A DNA stretch of 64,000 bases from Bryobacterales bacterium (GCA_965242705.1 OZ251486.1:3151806-3215805); one strand, 5' to 3'; shown: positions 36,615-46,391, counted from the first letter of the stretch. A program made the numbers and translations. The notes: generated by a model from the letters alone, not told the origin.

Positions 36615-38576
36615 TCAATAGATGGTTTCTTGCCGCTTCGGCCGCCGGTAGGGGCTTTCGAGGTGCTTACGCGCTTCGTTTTGCGCGCCTTGGGTATCGT
36701 CGCGGGTGCGGATGGCGAGCTGGTATTCGTTGACCGCGCGTTCCCGTTGGCCGGTGATGTCGAAAATCTTGCCCAAGTGGATGTGCGCCCAGACCTCGGT
36801 CCACGGGGGCTCGCGGTCGCCGTTGAGCGCCTCGCGGAATTCGTTGGCCGCCGACTGGTAGTTGTTCTGCAGGAAGAAGACTTCGCCGATGCGGTAGTGG
36901 GTCAGCGAACTGAAGCGGTTGATGTCGAGCGCGCGCTGATATTCGAGCAGCGCGTCCTGGTAGTAGCCCAGTTCGACGATCTGCTCGCCTTTGCGCACGG
37001 CCACCTGGACGCGGATTTCGTCGTCGAAGCGCAGGATGCGGTTGCGCGGGTCGAGGATGACCCGGCTGGGCTTGCCGAACGTTTCCAGAGAATAGTCCGA
37101 CGAAGAGCCGATCACGTTGATTGTCTGGTATTCCGGCTCGCCTTCGGTTTCGATCTTGATCTCGACCGGCATGCTGAAGGTGTCCATGTCCTGCCGCACC
37201 TTGCCGATGATGCGGAAGCCCTGTCCGCCGCCGAGCCGGTAGATGGTGTATTCCTGCTTGAACTCGGGCGTTTCGGTCGATTCGGTCCATTGCAGGAAAA
37301 ACGGGTCGAGGTCTTTGCCGCTGACGTTTTCCGCCAACTCGCGAAAGTCGTCGGTGGTGATCGATTTCCAGGTTCGCTCGGCAGGCAGTTTCCTGAGGAT
37401 TTCGAAAAAGGCGTCGTCGCCCACGGCCCAGCGCAGCATGTGCAGCACCATGACCCCGCGCGCTCCGGCGAGCGCATGCATTTCGGGCGAAAAGTCGGTC
37501 AGGCGGCCGGCCTGGGTCATGGGGATATCGTTGTAGGTCAGCGATTCGATGCGCGCTTCGCTGAGCCTGGCGTCGAACGCTTCCCCGCCTTCCATTTCTT
37601 CAATTTCGAGCAGAGCGGAATAGTAGGCCAAACCGTCCACGAGCCACAGATGGTTGCGGTTGCCGGGGCCGACGAGCGCGCCCCACCACTGGTTGGCGGC
37701 GAGCGTGCCGAGCAGGCGGCGGTTGACGGCCGGCCCGATGCCGTAAGGGTTCAGGAAGATCATGCCCGGAGCCCAGTAGCCGTTGGGGGCGTACTCGTCG
37801 ATTTCGACGATCGCCAGCGATTTGGAGTAGGGCGCGCCGAACAGGCCGGAGTAGAAATTGACGATTTCTCCCGCCGCCTCACCGTACTCGCGGGCAAGGT
37901 CTTCCGAAGCGGAATCGAAATAAACCACTGCCGCCGTGCCGTCGGTTTCGGCGCGGACGGCGTTATCGGAGACGACGGCGATCGTGCCCGGGAATGAAGG
38001 GTAGCTGAACTCGAACGTGTGCTCGACGCCCTCGATGCCCTCGGAGCGGATGCCGATGCCGCTGCCGAGAACCTTCATGCCGTCGCCGGTGATGACCCTG
38101 ATCTTCGAGGTAAAGCGGTCGGCGCCGTATGCGTTAACGGGAAACCAGCGCGCCCCGTAGAGCAGGAATGCGCGGTCGGCGTCGATCTGCGCCAAGCTGT
38201 AGCCCTCGACGGGCGACTCCTCGTAGCCCTTCAGGCGGCCTCCATAGCGGAAATCGACGATTTGCGGCTCGCCGGCGGGGAGCGTTTGCGGAAAACTGAG
38301 GTGGACCGTGGAGTCCTGACGGTAGCGCAGCGGGTTGAGACTCGAGCCGTCGGCCGTTTGCGCCGCATCGACGTTGAGCCCGTTGTGCAGCTCGAAAACC
38401 GCCATGTTCGTAGCCTCGCGGGGCGTGAAGCGCACGCGCGCCTCGGCTTCCAGTGTCTGCGCGAGCAAATCGACGCGGGCTGTGATGTCGTAGTCCTCGA
38501 CGTCGATCAGCGGAACGTCTTGCGCAGAGGCCGGGGACACCGCGAGCAGGAGGAGCGCAACGGCAACGCTTTTCAT
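36615..38576 (-). CDS. M1 aminopeptidase-like protein lacking the zinc-binding and exopeptidase motifs, with C-terminal TPR repeats
   Basis: ATG at 38576 (MKSVAVALLLLAVSPASAQ). Overall M1 architecture, but the HExxH position reads TLAANQWWG (37681-37709) and the GAMEN position reads WAPGMIF. The C-terminal segment YYQDALLEYQRALDIN..YRIGEVFFLQNNYQSAANEF is TPR-like. Confidence 0.75.
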   Translation of the reverse strand: MKSVAVALLLLAVSPASAQDVPLIDVEDYDITARVDLLAQTLEAEARVRFTPREATNMAVFELHNGLNVDAAQTADGSSLNPLRYRQDSTVHLSFPQTLPAGEPQIVDFRYGGRLKGYEESPVEGYSLAQIDADRAFLLYGARWFPVNAYGADRFTSKIRVITGDGMKVLGSGIGIRSEGIEGVEHTFEFSYPSFPGTIAVVSDNAVRAETDGTAAVVYFDSASEDLAREYGEAAGEIVNFYSGLFGAPYSKSLAIVEIDEYAPNGYWAPGMIFLNPYGIGPAVNRRLLGTLAANQWWGALVGPGNRNHLWLVDGLAYYSALLEIEEMEGGEAFDARLSEARIESLTYNDIPMTQAGRLTDFSPEMHALAGARGVMVLHMLRWAVGDDAFFEILRKLPAERTWKSITTDDFRELAENVSGKDLDPFFLQWTESTETPEFKQEYTIYRLGGGQGFRIIGKVRQDMDTFSMPVEIKIETEGEPEYQTINVIGSSSDYSLETFGKPSRVILDPRNRILRFDDEIRVQVAVRKGEQIVELGYYQDALLEYQRALDINRFSSLTHYRIGEVFFLQNNYQSAANEFREALNGDREPPWTEVWAHIHLGKIFDITGQRERAVNEYQLAIRTRDDTQGAQNEARKHLESPYRRPKRQETIY

Positions 38577-39706
38577 GGGGTTTTCAGGGAATACTCTTCG
38601 CATATCGCATCGGCCGCGCGTTCCGCCGCGGGGGCGCCGGCGCGCAGCTTGTCCTTGATTTTCGCCAATTCCTCGACCATGCGGCATCGTTCGCGCTCCT
38701 GCTGAAGGAGACGAACGGACTCGGCGGCAAGTTTCGCGCCGTTGCATTCGCCCTGGATGAGCTCGGGGACGATGCGTTTGCCGGCGAGCAGGTTGACCAT
38801 GCTGTAGAAGGGCGCATCGACAAGCATTTTCGCCAGCCAATAGCTTGGCGGAGCGAGCCGGTAGAAGACGATCATGGGGGCGCCGAGCAGCGCGGCTTCG
38901 ACGGTCGCCGTGCCGCTGGCGACCAGGGCAAGATCGGCGTGGCCCACGGCGTTCCGCGTTTCGCCTTCGACGATGGCAATCGCTTGGCCGCGCCAACGCC
39001 GCGCGAAAAAATCTCTGCCGGCGGTGGCCGAGGCGGGCAGGACGAATTGGACTTCTTCCCGCGCGGCAATCAGCGCCGACGCCTCTTCCAGCGCCGGAAG
39101 GTGCCGCAGGGCCTCGCCGCGGCGGCTGCCGGGAAGCATGGCGATCAGGCGTTTTTCCGGGTCGAGGCCGTGCTTGCGAAAAAAGGTTTCGCGGTCGGCG
39201 GAGACCGCGGCGCGGTCGGCCAGCGGGTGCCCGACGAAGGTGGCGCGCACGCCGCGCGAGGAAAAGAATTCCTCCTCGAAGGGGAAGATCACCAGCAGGC
39301 GATCGATCAGCCGCCGCAGCGTTTTGACCCGCCCTTTGCGCCAGGCCCATGCCTGAGGGGCGACGTAATAGACGATGGGAATCTTGAGCCGGCGCAGTTT
39401 TTTGGCCAGGCGGAGATGGAAATCGGGGGCGTCGGTGAGGATGGCGAGTTGGGGTTTTTCCGCCCGAACCGCGGCGGCGAGGCGCCGGAACCGGAGGTAG
39501 ATGCGGGGGACGTGGCGCGCGACCTCGAAGAGGCCGACCACGGCCAGGTCTTCGGCGCGGATGACCGCGCGCAGCCCTTCGTTGCGAAGCTGCTGCCCGC
39601 CGCAGCCGAAGAAATCGACCTCCGGCAGACGCTTGCGCAAGGCGGCGGCGAGTTCGGCGGCGTAGCGGTCGCCGGAGGCTTCCCCGGCAGAGACAAGTAT
39701 CTTCAT
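38573..39706 (-). CDS. lpxB: Lipid-A-disaccharide synthase
   Basis: ATG at 39706 (MKILVSAGEASGDRYAAELAAAL..). Contains YYVAPQAWAWRKGR and ALVASGTATVEAALLGAPMIV. The track ORF extends far upstream as an antisense artefact. Confidence 0.92.
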   Translation of the reverse strand: MKILVSAGEASGDRYAAELAAALRKRLPEVDFFGCGGQQLRNEGLRAVIRAEDLAVVGLFEVARHVPRIYLRFRRLAAAVRAEKPQLAILTDAPDFHLRLAKKLRRLKIPIVYYVAPQAWAWRKGRVKTLRRLIDRLLVIFPFEEEFFSSRGVRATFVGHPLADRAAVSADRETFFRKHGLDPEKRLIAMLPGSRRGEALRHLPALEEASALIAAREEVQFVLPASATAGRDFFARRWRGQAIAIVEGETRNAVGHADLALVASGTATVEAALLGAPMIVFYRLAPPSYWLAKMLVDAPFYSMVNLLAGKRIVPELIQGECNGAKLAAESVRLLQQERERCRMVEELAKIKDKLRAGAPAAERAADAICEEYSLKTP

Positions 39707-39895
39707 CCCACGGCGGCGGCGAACGAACCCCCAGTTTAGAACGCGCGCGGCGGCGGGGCCTTGGCGGCAAAGTTCGAGCGTGCGGCGAAAACCGAAACCG
39801 AATCGAACCGTCGAGCGTACAAGGATTCGGTGATCGCCGTGAGATACCGCAAAGTTTTTCCTCGTTTTCTTTTGCCCCGCGGGAACGCGGCTCGA

Positions 39896-42010
39896 ATGCT
39901 CGAGCGTTCTGCGCGGCGGTCCGGCGTTTTCCGCGCCGCCGCGCGGCTTGCCGTCTGCGCCGTGTTGACGGCGGTGGCCGCGTGGGCGCAGCCCGCGGAT
40001 GAGTGGATCATCGAGACGGTTGCCGGGGGCTCGTTCGCGCGGGACGGCGGCCCCGCGGTTCGCGCTTGGCTCCGCTTTCCCAACGGAGCGGCAGTGGACG
40101 GTTCGGGCAATCTGTACATCGCCGATACGATCCACCACCGCATCCGCAAGGTCGATGCCGCAGGCGTCATTTCCACGGTCGCGGGAAGCGGGCGGGACGG
40201 CTACAGCGGAGACGGCGGCCCGGCGGTTCGCGCGCAACTCGCCGAGCCCTGGGGCGCAGCGGTGGACGGCAAAGGCAACCTGTACATCGCCGATACGGGC
40301 AACAACCGCATCCGCAAAGTCGATGCCGCGGGCGTAATCTCGACTGTGGCGGGAAGCGGAGAATGGGGCTACGGCGGAGACGGCGGCCCGGCGGTTCGCG
40401 CGCGGCTCGCCGGCCCCTTGAGCGCCGCGGCGGACGGCATGGGCAATCTGTACATCGCCGACAAGGGCAACAACCGCATCCGCAAGGTCGATGCCGCGGG
40501 CGCCATTTCGACGGTCGCGGGAACCGGGGAGCGGGGCTACGGCGGGGACGGCGGCCCGGCGGTTCGCGCGCAACTCGCCGAGCCTTGGGGCGCCGCGGTG
40601 GACGGCATGGGCAATCTGTACATCGCCGACAAGGGCAACAACCGCATCCGCAAGGTCGATGCCGCGGGCGTGATCTCGACGGTTGCGGGAAGCGGCGGGT
40701 GGGGTTACGGCGGAGACGGCGGCCCGGCGCTTCAGGCGCGGTTCCTCGCGCCCAGCGGCGTAGCGGCGGACGCCGCCGGCAATCTCTATATCGCCGATAC
40801 GGGCAACAACCGCATCCGCAAGGTCGATGCCGCGGGCGTTATTTCCACGGTCGCGGGAACCGGGAAGCAGGGCTACGGCGGAGACGGCGGCGCGGCGCTT
40901 CGAGCGCAACTCGCTTTCCCCCTGGGCGCAGCGGCGGACGGCGCGGGCAATCTCTACATCGTCGATGCGGGCAACAACCGCATTCGCAAGGTCGATGCCG
41001 CGGGCGCGATCTCCACGGTTGCGGGAACCGGGGACGTCGGCGACGGCGGCCCGGCGGTTCGCGCTTGGCTCGGCTTCCCCGGCAGCGTGACCGCGGACGG
41101 CGCGGGCAATCTCTATATCGCCGATACATTCAACGAACGCATCCGCAAGGTGGATGCCGCGGGCGTTATTTCCACGGTCGCGGGAAGCGGGGAGCGGGGT
41201 TACGTCGGGGACGGCGGCCCGGCGGCTCAGGCGCGGCTCGCCTCCCCTCTGAGTGCGGCGGCGGACGGGGCGGGCAACCTCTATTTCGTCGATGCAGGCA
41301 ACCACTGTGTCCGCAAGGTCGATGCCGCGGGCGCGGTCTCCACGGTCGCGGGAAGCGGACGATACGGCTACGGCGGGGACGGCGGCCCGGCGGTTCGCGC
41401 GCAACTCGCCTTGCCTCGAGGCGCGGCGCTGGACGATGCGGGCAACCTTTATATCGCCGATACCGAAAACCACCGCGTTCGCAAGGTGGACGCAGCGGGC
41501 GCCATTTCCACGGTCGCGGGAACCGGGAAGCAGGGCTACAGCGGCGACGGGGGCGCGGCGGTTCGCGCGCAACTCGCTTTCCCTTGGGGCGTGGCGGCGG
41601 ACGGGGCGGGCAACCTCTACATCGCCGACAGGAACAACCACCGTATCCGCAAGGTCGATGCCGCCGGCGCCATCTCCACGGTTGCGGGAAGCGGACAGTG
41701 GGGCTACGGCGGGGACGGGAGCGCGGCGGTTCGCGCGCAACTCGCTTTCCCTTACAACGTGGCGGCGGACGAGGCGGACAGCCTGTACATTGCCGATACC
41801 TGGAACGACCGCATCCGCAAAGTCGATGCCGCGGGCGTCATTTCCACAATTGCGGGAACGGGAGAAATGGGCTACAGCGGCGACGGAGGCGCGGCGGTTC
41901 GGGCGCGGCTGTCTTACCCCGCAGACGTGGCAGTGGACCGGGCCGGCAACCTCTACATCGCCGACAGCGGCAACAACAGCATCCGCCGCTTGCGCCGGTT
42001 GGGGAACTAG
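39896..42010 (+). CDS. Secreted NHL-repeat protein (12 highly similar NHL units)
   Basis: ATG at 39896 (MLERSARRSGVFRAAARLAVCAVLTAVAAWAQP), then 12 units of the form GNLYIADxGNNRIRKVDAAGVISTVAGSGxxGYGGDGGPAVRAQLAxPxGAAxDG. Confidence 0.9.
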   Translation: MLERSARRSGVFRAAARLAVCAVLTAVAAWAQPADEWIIETVAGGSFARDGGPAVRAWLRFPNGAAVDGSGNLYIADTIHHRIRKVDAAGVISTVAGSGRDGYSGDGGPAVRAQLAEPWGAAVDGKGNLYIADTGNNRIRKVDAAGVISTVAGSGEWGYGGDGGPAVRARLAGPLSAAADGMGNLYIADKGNNRIRKVDAAGAISTVAGTGERGYGGDGGPAVRAQLAEPWGAAVDGMGNLYIADKGNNRIRKVDAAGVISTVAGSGGWGYGGDGGPALQARFLAPSGVAADAAGNLYIADTGNNRIRKVDAAGVISTVAGTGKQGYGGDGGAALRAQLAFPLGAAADGAGNLYIVDAGNNRIRKVDAAGAISTVAGTGDVGDGGPAVRAWLGFPGSVTADGAGNLYIADTFNERIRKVDAAGVISTVAGSGERGYVGDGGPAAQARLASPLSAAADGAGNLYFVDAGNHCVRKVDAAGAVSTVAGSGRYGYGGDGGPAVRAQLALPRGAALDDAGNLYIADTENHRVRKVDAAGAISTVAGTGKQGYSGDGGAAVRAQLAFPWGVAADGAGNLYIADRNNHRIRKVDAAGAISTVAGSGQWGYGGDGSAAVRAQLAFPYNVAADEADSLYIADTWNDRIRKVDAAGVISTIAGTGEMGYSGDGGAAVRARLSYPADVAVDRAGNLYIADSGNNSIRRLRRLGN

Positions 42011-42123
42011 CCCGGATTTTCCGCCGCACGGGGCAGATTGTACAATCGTAGGACACCGGAGGGGCGGAAGGCGGACGAAGCGCCGCCGCGGCCTCTCTCT
42101 TGGGCGAAACAGGCGGAATCGTG

Positions 42124-42939
42124 ATGCAGCAGCGTTTTACAGGAAAGAATATTCTCGTGACCGGGGCTTCGACGGGCATCGGCAGGGCGATCGCGGTGCG
42201 GCTGGCGCAAGAGGGCGGCAGCATCGCCGTCAACTACAGCCGCAACGACGCCGCGGCGGGGGAAACGGCCGCGCGCGTTCGCGCAGCCCACGAGGCCGGC
42301 GGCTACTCCGGCGCGCAATGCAGCCTGCACAAGGCCGACGTCTCGCAGGAACAGCCGGTCGAAGACATGATCGGCGAAATCCTGGCGGATTGGGGGCGCA
42401 TCGACGTGCTCATCAACAACGCCGGCATTCAGAAGCCCGCCGCCAGCCACGAAAGCCTGACCGCGGACTTCGATCGCATCCTGGGCGTGAACCTGCGCGG
42501 CTGCTATCTGTGTTCGCGCGCGGCGATCGGGCATTTCCTGTCCCGCGGGGGCGGCGGCGTGATCGTCAACAACTCCAGCGTCCACGAGATCATCCCCAAG
42601 CCGAAGTATCTTTCCTATTCGATATCGAAGGGCGGCATGGAAAATCTGACCAAATCGCTGGCGCTGGAGTACGCCGACCGCGGCATCCGCGTCAACGCCG
42701 TGGGGCCGGGGGCGATTGTGACGCCGATCAACATGGCCTGGATCGACGACCCCGCCGCCCGCGGCGAGGTGGAGAGCCACATTCCCATGGGCAGGGCCGG
42801 CGAGGCGGAAGAAATCGCCGCGGTCTTCGCCTTCCTGGCCTCCGACGAAGCCTCGTACATTACCGGCCAGACGCTGTTCGCTTGCGGCGGCCTGACGCTC
42901 TATCCGGAGTTCCGCGTCGCTTGGTCGTCGGGCGAGTAG
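42124..42939 (+). CDS. SDR-family oxidoreductase (glucose 1-dehydrogenase-like)
   Basis: TGASTGIGRAIA cofactor motif, NNAG, catalytic YSISKGG, and the PGAI segment. Confidence 0.88.
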   Translation: MQQRFTGKNILVTGASTGIGRAIAVRLAQEGGSIAVNYSRNDAAAGETAARVRAAHEAGGYSGAQCSLHKADVSQEQPVEDMIGEILADWGRIDVLINNAGIQKPAASHESLTADFDRILGVNLRGCYLCSRAAIGHFLSRGGGGVIVNNSSVHEIIPKPKYLSYSISKGGMENLTKSLALEYADRGIRVNAVGPGAIVTPINMAWIDDPAARGEVESHIPMGRAGEAEEIAAVFAFLASDEASYITGQTLFACGGLTLYPEFRVAWSSGE

Positions 42940-42982
42940 CGCATTTTCGGGCGGCGGGACCGCAGCCAAGGGGGAAACCGGG

Positions 42983-44410
42983 GTGAACCGGCGCAATCTG
43001 CTGCGCGCGGCAACGGCCGCCGCAGTTACCCGTTTATTCCACGATCCAGGGGCGGCGGCCGACGGGGCCGCAACCAACGGGTTTGACCGTTTCGGCGGCT
43101 GGACCGGCAGGAAATTCGAAGCCACCGGTTTCTTCCGCGTGGAGAAGGACGAGCGATGGTGGCTCGTGACTCCCGCGGGCAACGCCTTCCTCAGCTTCGG
43201 CGTCAACCACTTGTATCCCGACCTGTTTTCCCAGAAATACAACAAGGAGGCATGGAAGGCGCGGCTGGGCGTCGGCGAATTGCAGGGTCCCCGGTTTCGA
43301 GCCGCCCTGAAAGCGTGGTTCCTGCGAACGTGCCGCGGGTACGGCTTCAACAGCGTAGGAGTCCACAACTCCTTGGCGATCGTGAACGCCCCGCGGCCGT
43401 CCATGCCGTATCTGCAACCGATACGTTTCGTGGATATCCCTCATTGGAAGACTGATATTCCCGACGACAACTTCCTCGATGTTTTCGATGGCGCGTTCGC
43501 GCGCCGCTGCGATCGGCTGGCGGGCGAGCTGGCCGCTCCAGCAAGGGACGATCCGTTCCTGCTCGGCTATGCCATGACGGACTGTCCGCTGCTGACGGAG
43601 GAGGATTGCCGCGAGCGGCCCGACGTGATCGGCGGGGCCCGCCGGAAGTCTCGCATCGGCTGGCCGCGCCGCTTGCGGAATCTGGGGCCGCAAGCCGCCG
43701 GCAAATCGGCCTACGTCGAGACCATGCGGGATATCTATCGGGGAAAGATTGGCGGCTTCAACGCGACGTACGGCACGCGGTTCGACTCGTTCGACGCGCT
43801 CGCCGCCGCCGCGGACTGGAGACCGCGAACGGATCTGTCGAACGCCAACGAATCCCGCGATAATGCCGCGTTCCTGCAGCGCGTCGTTGCCCGGTACTAC
43901 CGGACCGCGCGGGAAGCTATTCGCAGGCACGATCCGAACCACCTGTTCCTCGGCGACAAGATCAATGCCAATACCGATGCGCTGGACGTCGTGCTGCCGA
44001 TCACAAGCCGGTTCACTGACGTCGTGTTCTACCAGATGTATGCTCGATACGAAGTGCAAAAGCCCGGGCTGGATCGCTGGTCGAAGCTCGTTGACAAACC
44101 GCTGATCAACGGCGACTCCGCGTTCACGATGATCGCCCCGGCCATGCCCCGGCCCTACGGGCCCGTTGCCGACAATATCGAGCAGCGCGCGGATTGGACG
44201 GTCGAATTTTTCCGCAGCGCGTTCGCGCGCCCGGAATTCGTGGGTTGGCATTATTGCGGCCTGATCGACGCCCCCAATCTTGTCCCGCGCAAGCAAGACC
44301 GCCAACATTCCGGCTTGCTCGACGGGTACGGCAAGCCGTATCCATTGCTCAAAGAGGCGCTCGCGGAATGCGCGGGCGGCATGTACCTGCTCGCGGCAAG
44401 CCGCCGCTGA
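42983..44410 (+). CDS. Tat-signal secreted protein, possibly a TIM-barrel glycoside hydrolase
   Basis: The start is GTG. It has the twin-arginine signal MNRRNLLRAATAAAV. The length and pattern (..GFNSVGVHN.., ..HLFLGDK.., ..PLINGDS.., ..WHYCG..) suggest a glycosidase-like barrel, but I cannot name the family. Confidence 0.5.
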   Translation: MNRRNLLRAATAAAVTRLFHDPGAAADGAATNGFDRFGGWTGRKFEATGFFRVEKDERWWLVTPAGNAFLSFGVNHLYPDLFSQKYNKEAWKARLGVGELQGPRFRAALKAWFLRTCRGYGFNSVGVHNSLAIVNAPRPSMPYLQPIRFVDIPHWKTDIPDDNFLDVFDGAFARRCDRLAGELAAPARDDPFLLGYAMTDCPLLTEEDCRERPDVIGGARRKSRIGWPRRLRNLGPQAAGKSAYVETMRDIYRGKIGGFNATYGTRFDSFDALAAAADWRPRTDLSNANESRDNAAFLQRVVARYYRTAREAIRRHDPNHLFLGDKINANTDALDVVLPITSRFTDVVFYQMYARYEVQKPGLDRWSKLVDKPLINGDSAFTMIAPAMPRPYGPVADNIEQRADWTVEFFRSAFARPEFVGWHYCGLIDAPNLVPRKQDRQHSGLLDGYGKPYPLLKEALAECAGGMYLLAASRR

Positions 44411-44502
44411 GTCATCGCCGGACGAAGGCAAAGTCCTTGCGCCGCCGGAGTCGGGGTTACAATGGTTTCTTCCCGTGCGGGGAGCGATTCGGAGGGGGAC
44501 AC

Positions 44503-45348
44503 ATGGAAAACTACGCGCATCCTGAAATGCTGGTCAGCACCGATTGGGCCGCCGCGCACGCGGACGACGCCTCCGTGCGCGTCGTCGAAGTCGATGTCGA
44601 TACGGGTTCTTACGACGAAGGCCACATTCCCGGCGCCGTCGGCTGGGCCCGGGACAGCCAGCTTTGCGATACCGTTCGCAGGGACATCGTTCCGCGGGAA
44701 GCGTTCGAGCGATTGATGTCCCAGAGCGGCATCGCCAACAATACGACGGTCGTGCTCTACGGCGACAACAACAACTGGTTCGCCGCCTGGGCGCTGTGGC
44801 AACTCAAGATTTACGGCCACGCCGACGCGCGGTTGATGAACGGCGGCCGCGTGAAATGGCTTGCCGAGGGGCGCGGGCTTTCCACGCAAGCGCCGGAGCT
44901 TGCGGCAACGGACTACAGGGCCGCGGAACCCGATTTTTCGATCCGCGCGTTCCTGCCGCGGGTTGCCGAGGCGGTGGACAACAGCGCGGTGGAGTTGGTC
45001 GATGTGCGCAGCCCGGCCGAGTTCAGCGGCGAAATCCTGGCGCCGCCGGGGCTGCCCGAAACCTGCCAGCGCGACGGGCATATTCCCGGCGCGTCGAACA
45101 TCCCTTGGGGCAAGGCCTGCAACGCGGACGGCACGTTCAAGAGCTGCGGCGAGTTGAAGGCGCTCTACGAAGGCGCCGGCATCACGGGAAACAAGCCGAT
45201 CGTCGCCTACTGCCGCATCGGCGAGCGTTCGAGCCATTCGTGGTTTGTGCTCAAGTACTTGCTGGGTTACGACAACGTGACCAACTACGACGGTTCGTGG
45301 ACCGAGTGGGGCAACCTGGTCGGCGCCGCCGTGGCCCGAGGCGCATGA
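44503..45348 (+). CDS. sseA: Thiosulfate/3-mercaptopyruvate sulfurtransferase (two-domain rhodanese)
   Basis: ATG at 44503 after GGAGGGGG. It has two rhodanese domains and the active-site loop AYCRIGERSSHSW. Confidence 0.88.
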   Translation: MENYAHPEMLVSTDWAAAHADDASVRVVEVDVDTGSYDEGHIPGAVGWARDSQLCDTVRRDIVPREAFERLMSQSGIANNTTVVLYGDNNNWFAAWALWQLKIYGHADARLMNGGRVKWLAEGRGLSTQAPELAATDYRAAEPDFSIRAFLPRVAEAVDNSAVELVDVRSPAEFSGEILAPPGLPETCQRDGHIPGASNIPWGKACNADGTFKSCGELKALYEGAGITGNKPIVAYCRIGERSSHSWFVLKYLLGYDNVTNYDGSWTEWGNLVGAAVARGA

Positions 45349-45563
45349 AAGCCGAAGACTATTCCGAGCGCGAGTTGGAACTGGCCGGCTGGCCGGTGCG
45401 CATCGTTTCGTACAAGCTCGGCGAGACGTATTACGCCAAGGCGGACAACGTTTCTCCGGGCGCCGTGATCGCGCGTCGCGCGGCAGCAAGCAAGGCGGAG
45501 GCCGAGGCCAAAGTTTCGGCCGCGGCGGAAACGCGGCTTGCCGCTACCCGCCGCCGGGTTTAG
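45345..45563 (+). CDS. Small hypothetical protein translationally coupled to the rhodanese
   Basis: 72-aa ORF (MKAEDYSERELELAGWPVRIVSYKLGETYYAKADNVSPGAVIAR..). Its start overlaps the sseA stop (ATGA). Confidence 0.5.
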   Translation: MKAEDYSERELELAGWPVRIVSYKLGETYYAKADNVSPGAVIARRAAASKAEAEAKVSAAAETRLAATRRRV

Positions 45564-45698
45564 GAAAGCTCTGCGCAAGCAGGCAACAACGGCGGGCGCA
45601 GCCCGCGAGCCGCCGAGAAGATAGCCGAAGGGCTTGCCGATCCGCTGGTCGTTGACTGGTTGAGCAAGCCGCTGCCTCGCATTTGAGGGGGAGAGACG

Positions 45699-46037
45699 AT
45701 GACCGCCGAGAAGCTCACCGCCGAGATGATCCACAAGATACGCATTGAGGCGGACGGCGCCAGAGCCGCCGCCGTGCGTCTGTATGCGGACTACGTGGCG
45801 GCGATGTCCCAGGGGCGGCAGACCGTGGACGGCGAGCCGGTTGAGGCGCTGCGCGAGGCGGCTGCCCGTGCCGCCAGTGACGCATGGAAAGCGCATGTGG
45901 TCGCCGATGCGGCTGGGATCATTGAAGCGCATGATGCTGAGATTGAGCGGGCTGAGATCGAGCGGGAGGTCGCCGAGTACGTCGCTGAGTATGACGACGA
46001 TTACGATGACGACGACGAGGACGAGGTGACGGCATGA
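45699..46037 (+). CDS. Hypothetical helical protein with a poly-acidic C-terminus
   Basis: 112 aa, with GAGGGGGAGAGACG upstream of the ATG, ending ..AEYVAEYDDDYDDDDEDEVTA. Its stop overlaps the next start (ATGA). Confidence 0.45.
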   Translation: MTAEKLTAEMIHKIRIEADGARAAAVRLYADYVAAMSQGRQTVDGEPVEALREAAARAASDAWKAHVVADAAGIIEAHDAEIERAEIEREVAEYVAEYDDDYDDDDEDEVTA

Positions 46038-46053
46038 CCTACGCGCTGATCCA
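46023..46053 (+). repeat. Junction repeat J1, copy 1
   Basis: GAGGTGACGGCATGACCTACGCGCTGATCCA. 29 of 31 positions are identical to 46953..46983. It spans the SD and the first 7 codons of the MTYALIQ genes. Confidence 0.9.
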
Positions 46054-46384
46054 ACTCGAAACCTACGGCGATATTCCGGGGTTCCTGTGGCGTACGCTGA
46101 CAGACCCGGCGTATTGGGCGGTTATCCTCGTTATCGGCGTCATCGGCGGAGTCTGTAAATCCATCGCCGACAGCCAAGACGACGCGCGGAAGAAGCGCCG
46201 CTTGATGGCATCGGCCAAGAAGGGCAGAGGCGAGGGAGACCGCGGAACGGACGGCATGACGAAGGCCGGCGCGGGCAGTACTGGACGGAGCAGGCGCGGC
46301 GCGAGAAGCAGCGCGAGAGGCAAGAGCAAGCATGGCGAGACGATTGAGGGGCGGGGGCGTTTCACCCAGCGTGAATTCGTGTAA
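46034..46384 (+). CDS. Hypothetical small membrane protein (MTYALIQ family, copy 1)
   Basis: 116 aa: MTYALIQLETYGD.., a TM helix (YWAVILVIGVIGGV), and a basic G/R/K-rich tail. Its 5' and 3' ends lie inside repeat junctions J1 and J2. Confidence 0.45.
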   Translation: MTYALIQLETYGDIPGFLWRTLTDPAYWAVILVIGVIGGVCKSIADSQDDARKKRRLMASAKKGRGEGDRGTDGMTKAGAGSTGRSRRGARSSARGKSKHGETIEGRGRFTQREFV

Positions 46385-46391
46385 CTTGGGG
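46348..46391 (+). repeat. Junction repeat J2, copy 1
   Basis: GGGGCGGGGGCGTTTCACCCAGCGTGAATTCGTGTAACTTGGGG. The 19-bp core GAATTCGTGTAACTTGGGG is identical to 47867..47885. Confidence 0.9.

Noticed and set aside
38577-39770. Upstream extension of the M1-like ORF (track 36615..39770).
   Set aside because: It overlaps lpxB in another frame. A signal peptide and ATG at 38576 give a coherent start.
39707-41740. Upstream extension of the lpxB ORF (track 38573..41740) and the plus-strand frames 40003..42051 and 41253..42986.
   Set aside because: LpxB homology starts at MKILVSAGEASGD (39706). The extension is antisense to the NHL gene, and the plus-strand ORFs are its alternate frames.
44440-44502. 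TTGCGC ... TACAAT promoter upstream of the rhodanese gene.
   Set aside because: The spacer is only 15 nt as I count it, and there is no other support, so I did not list it as a feature.
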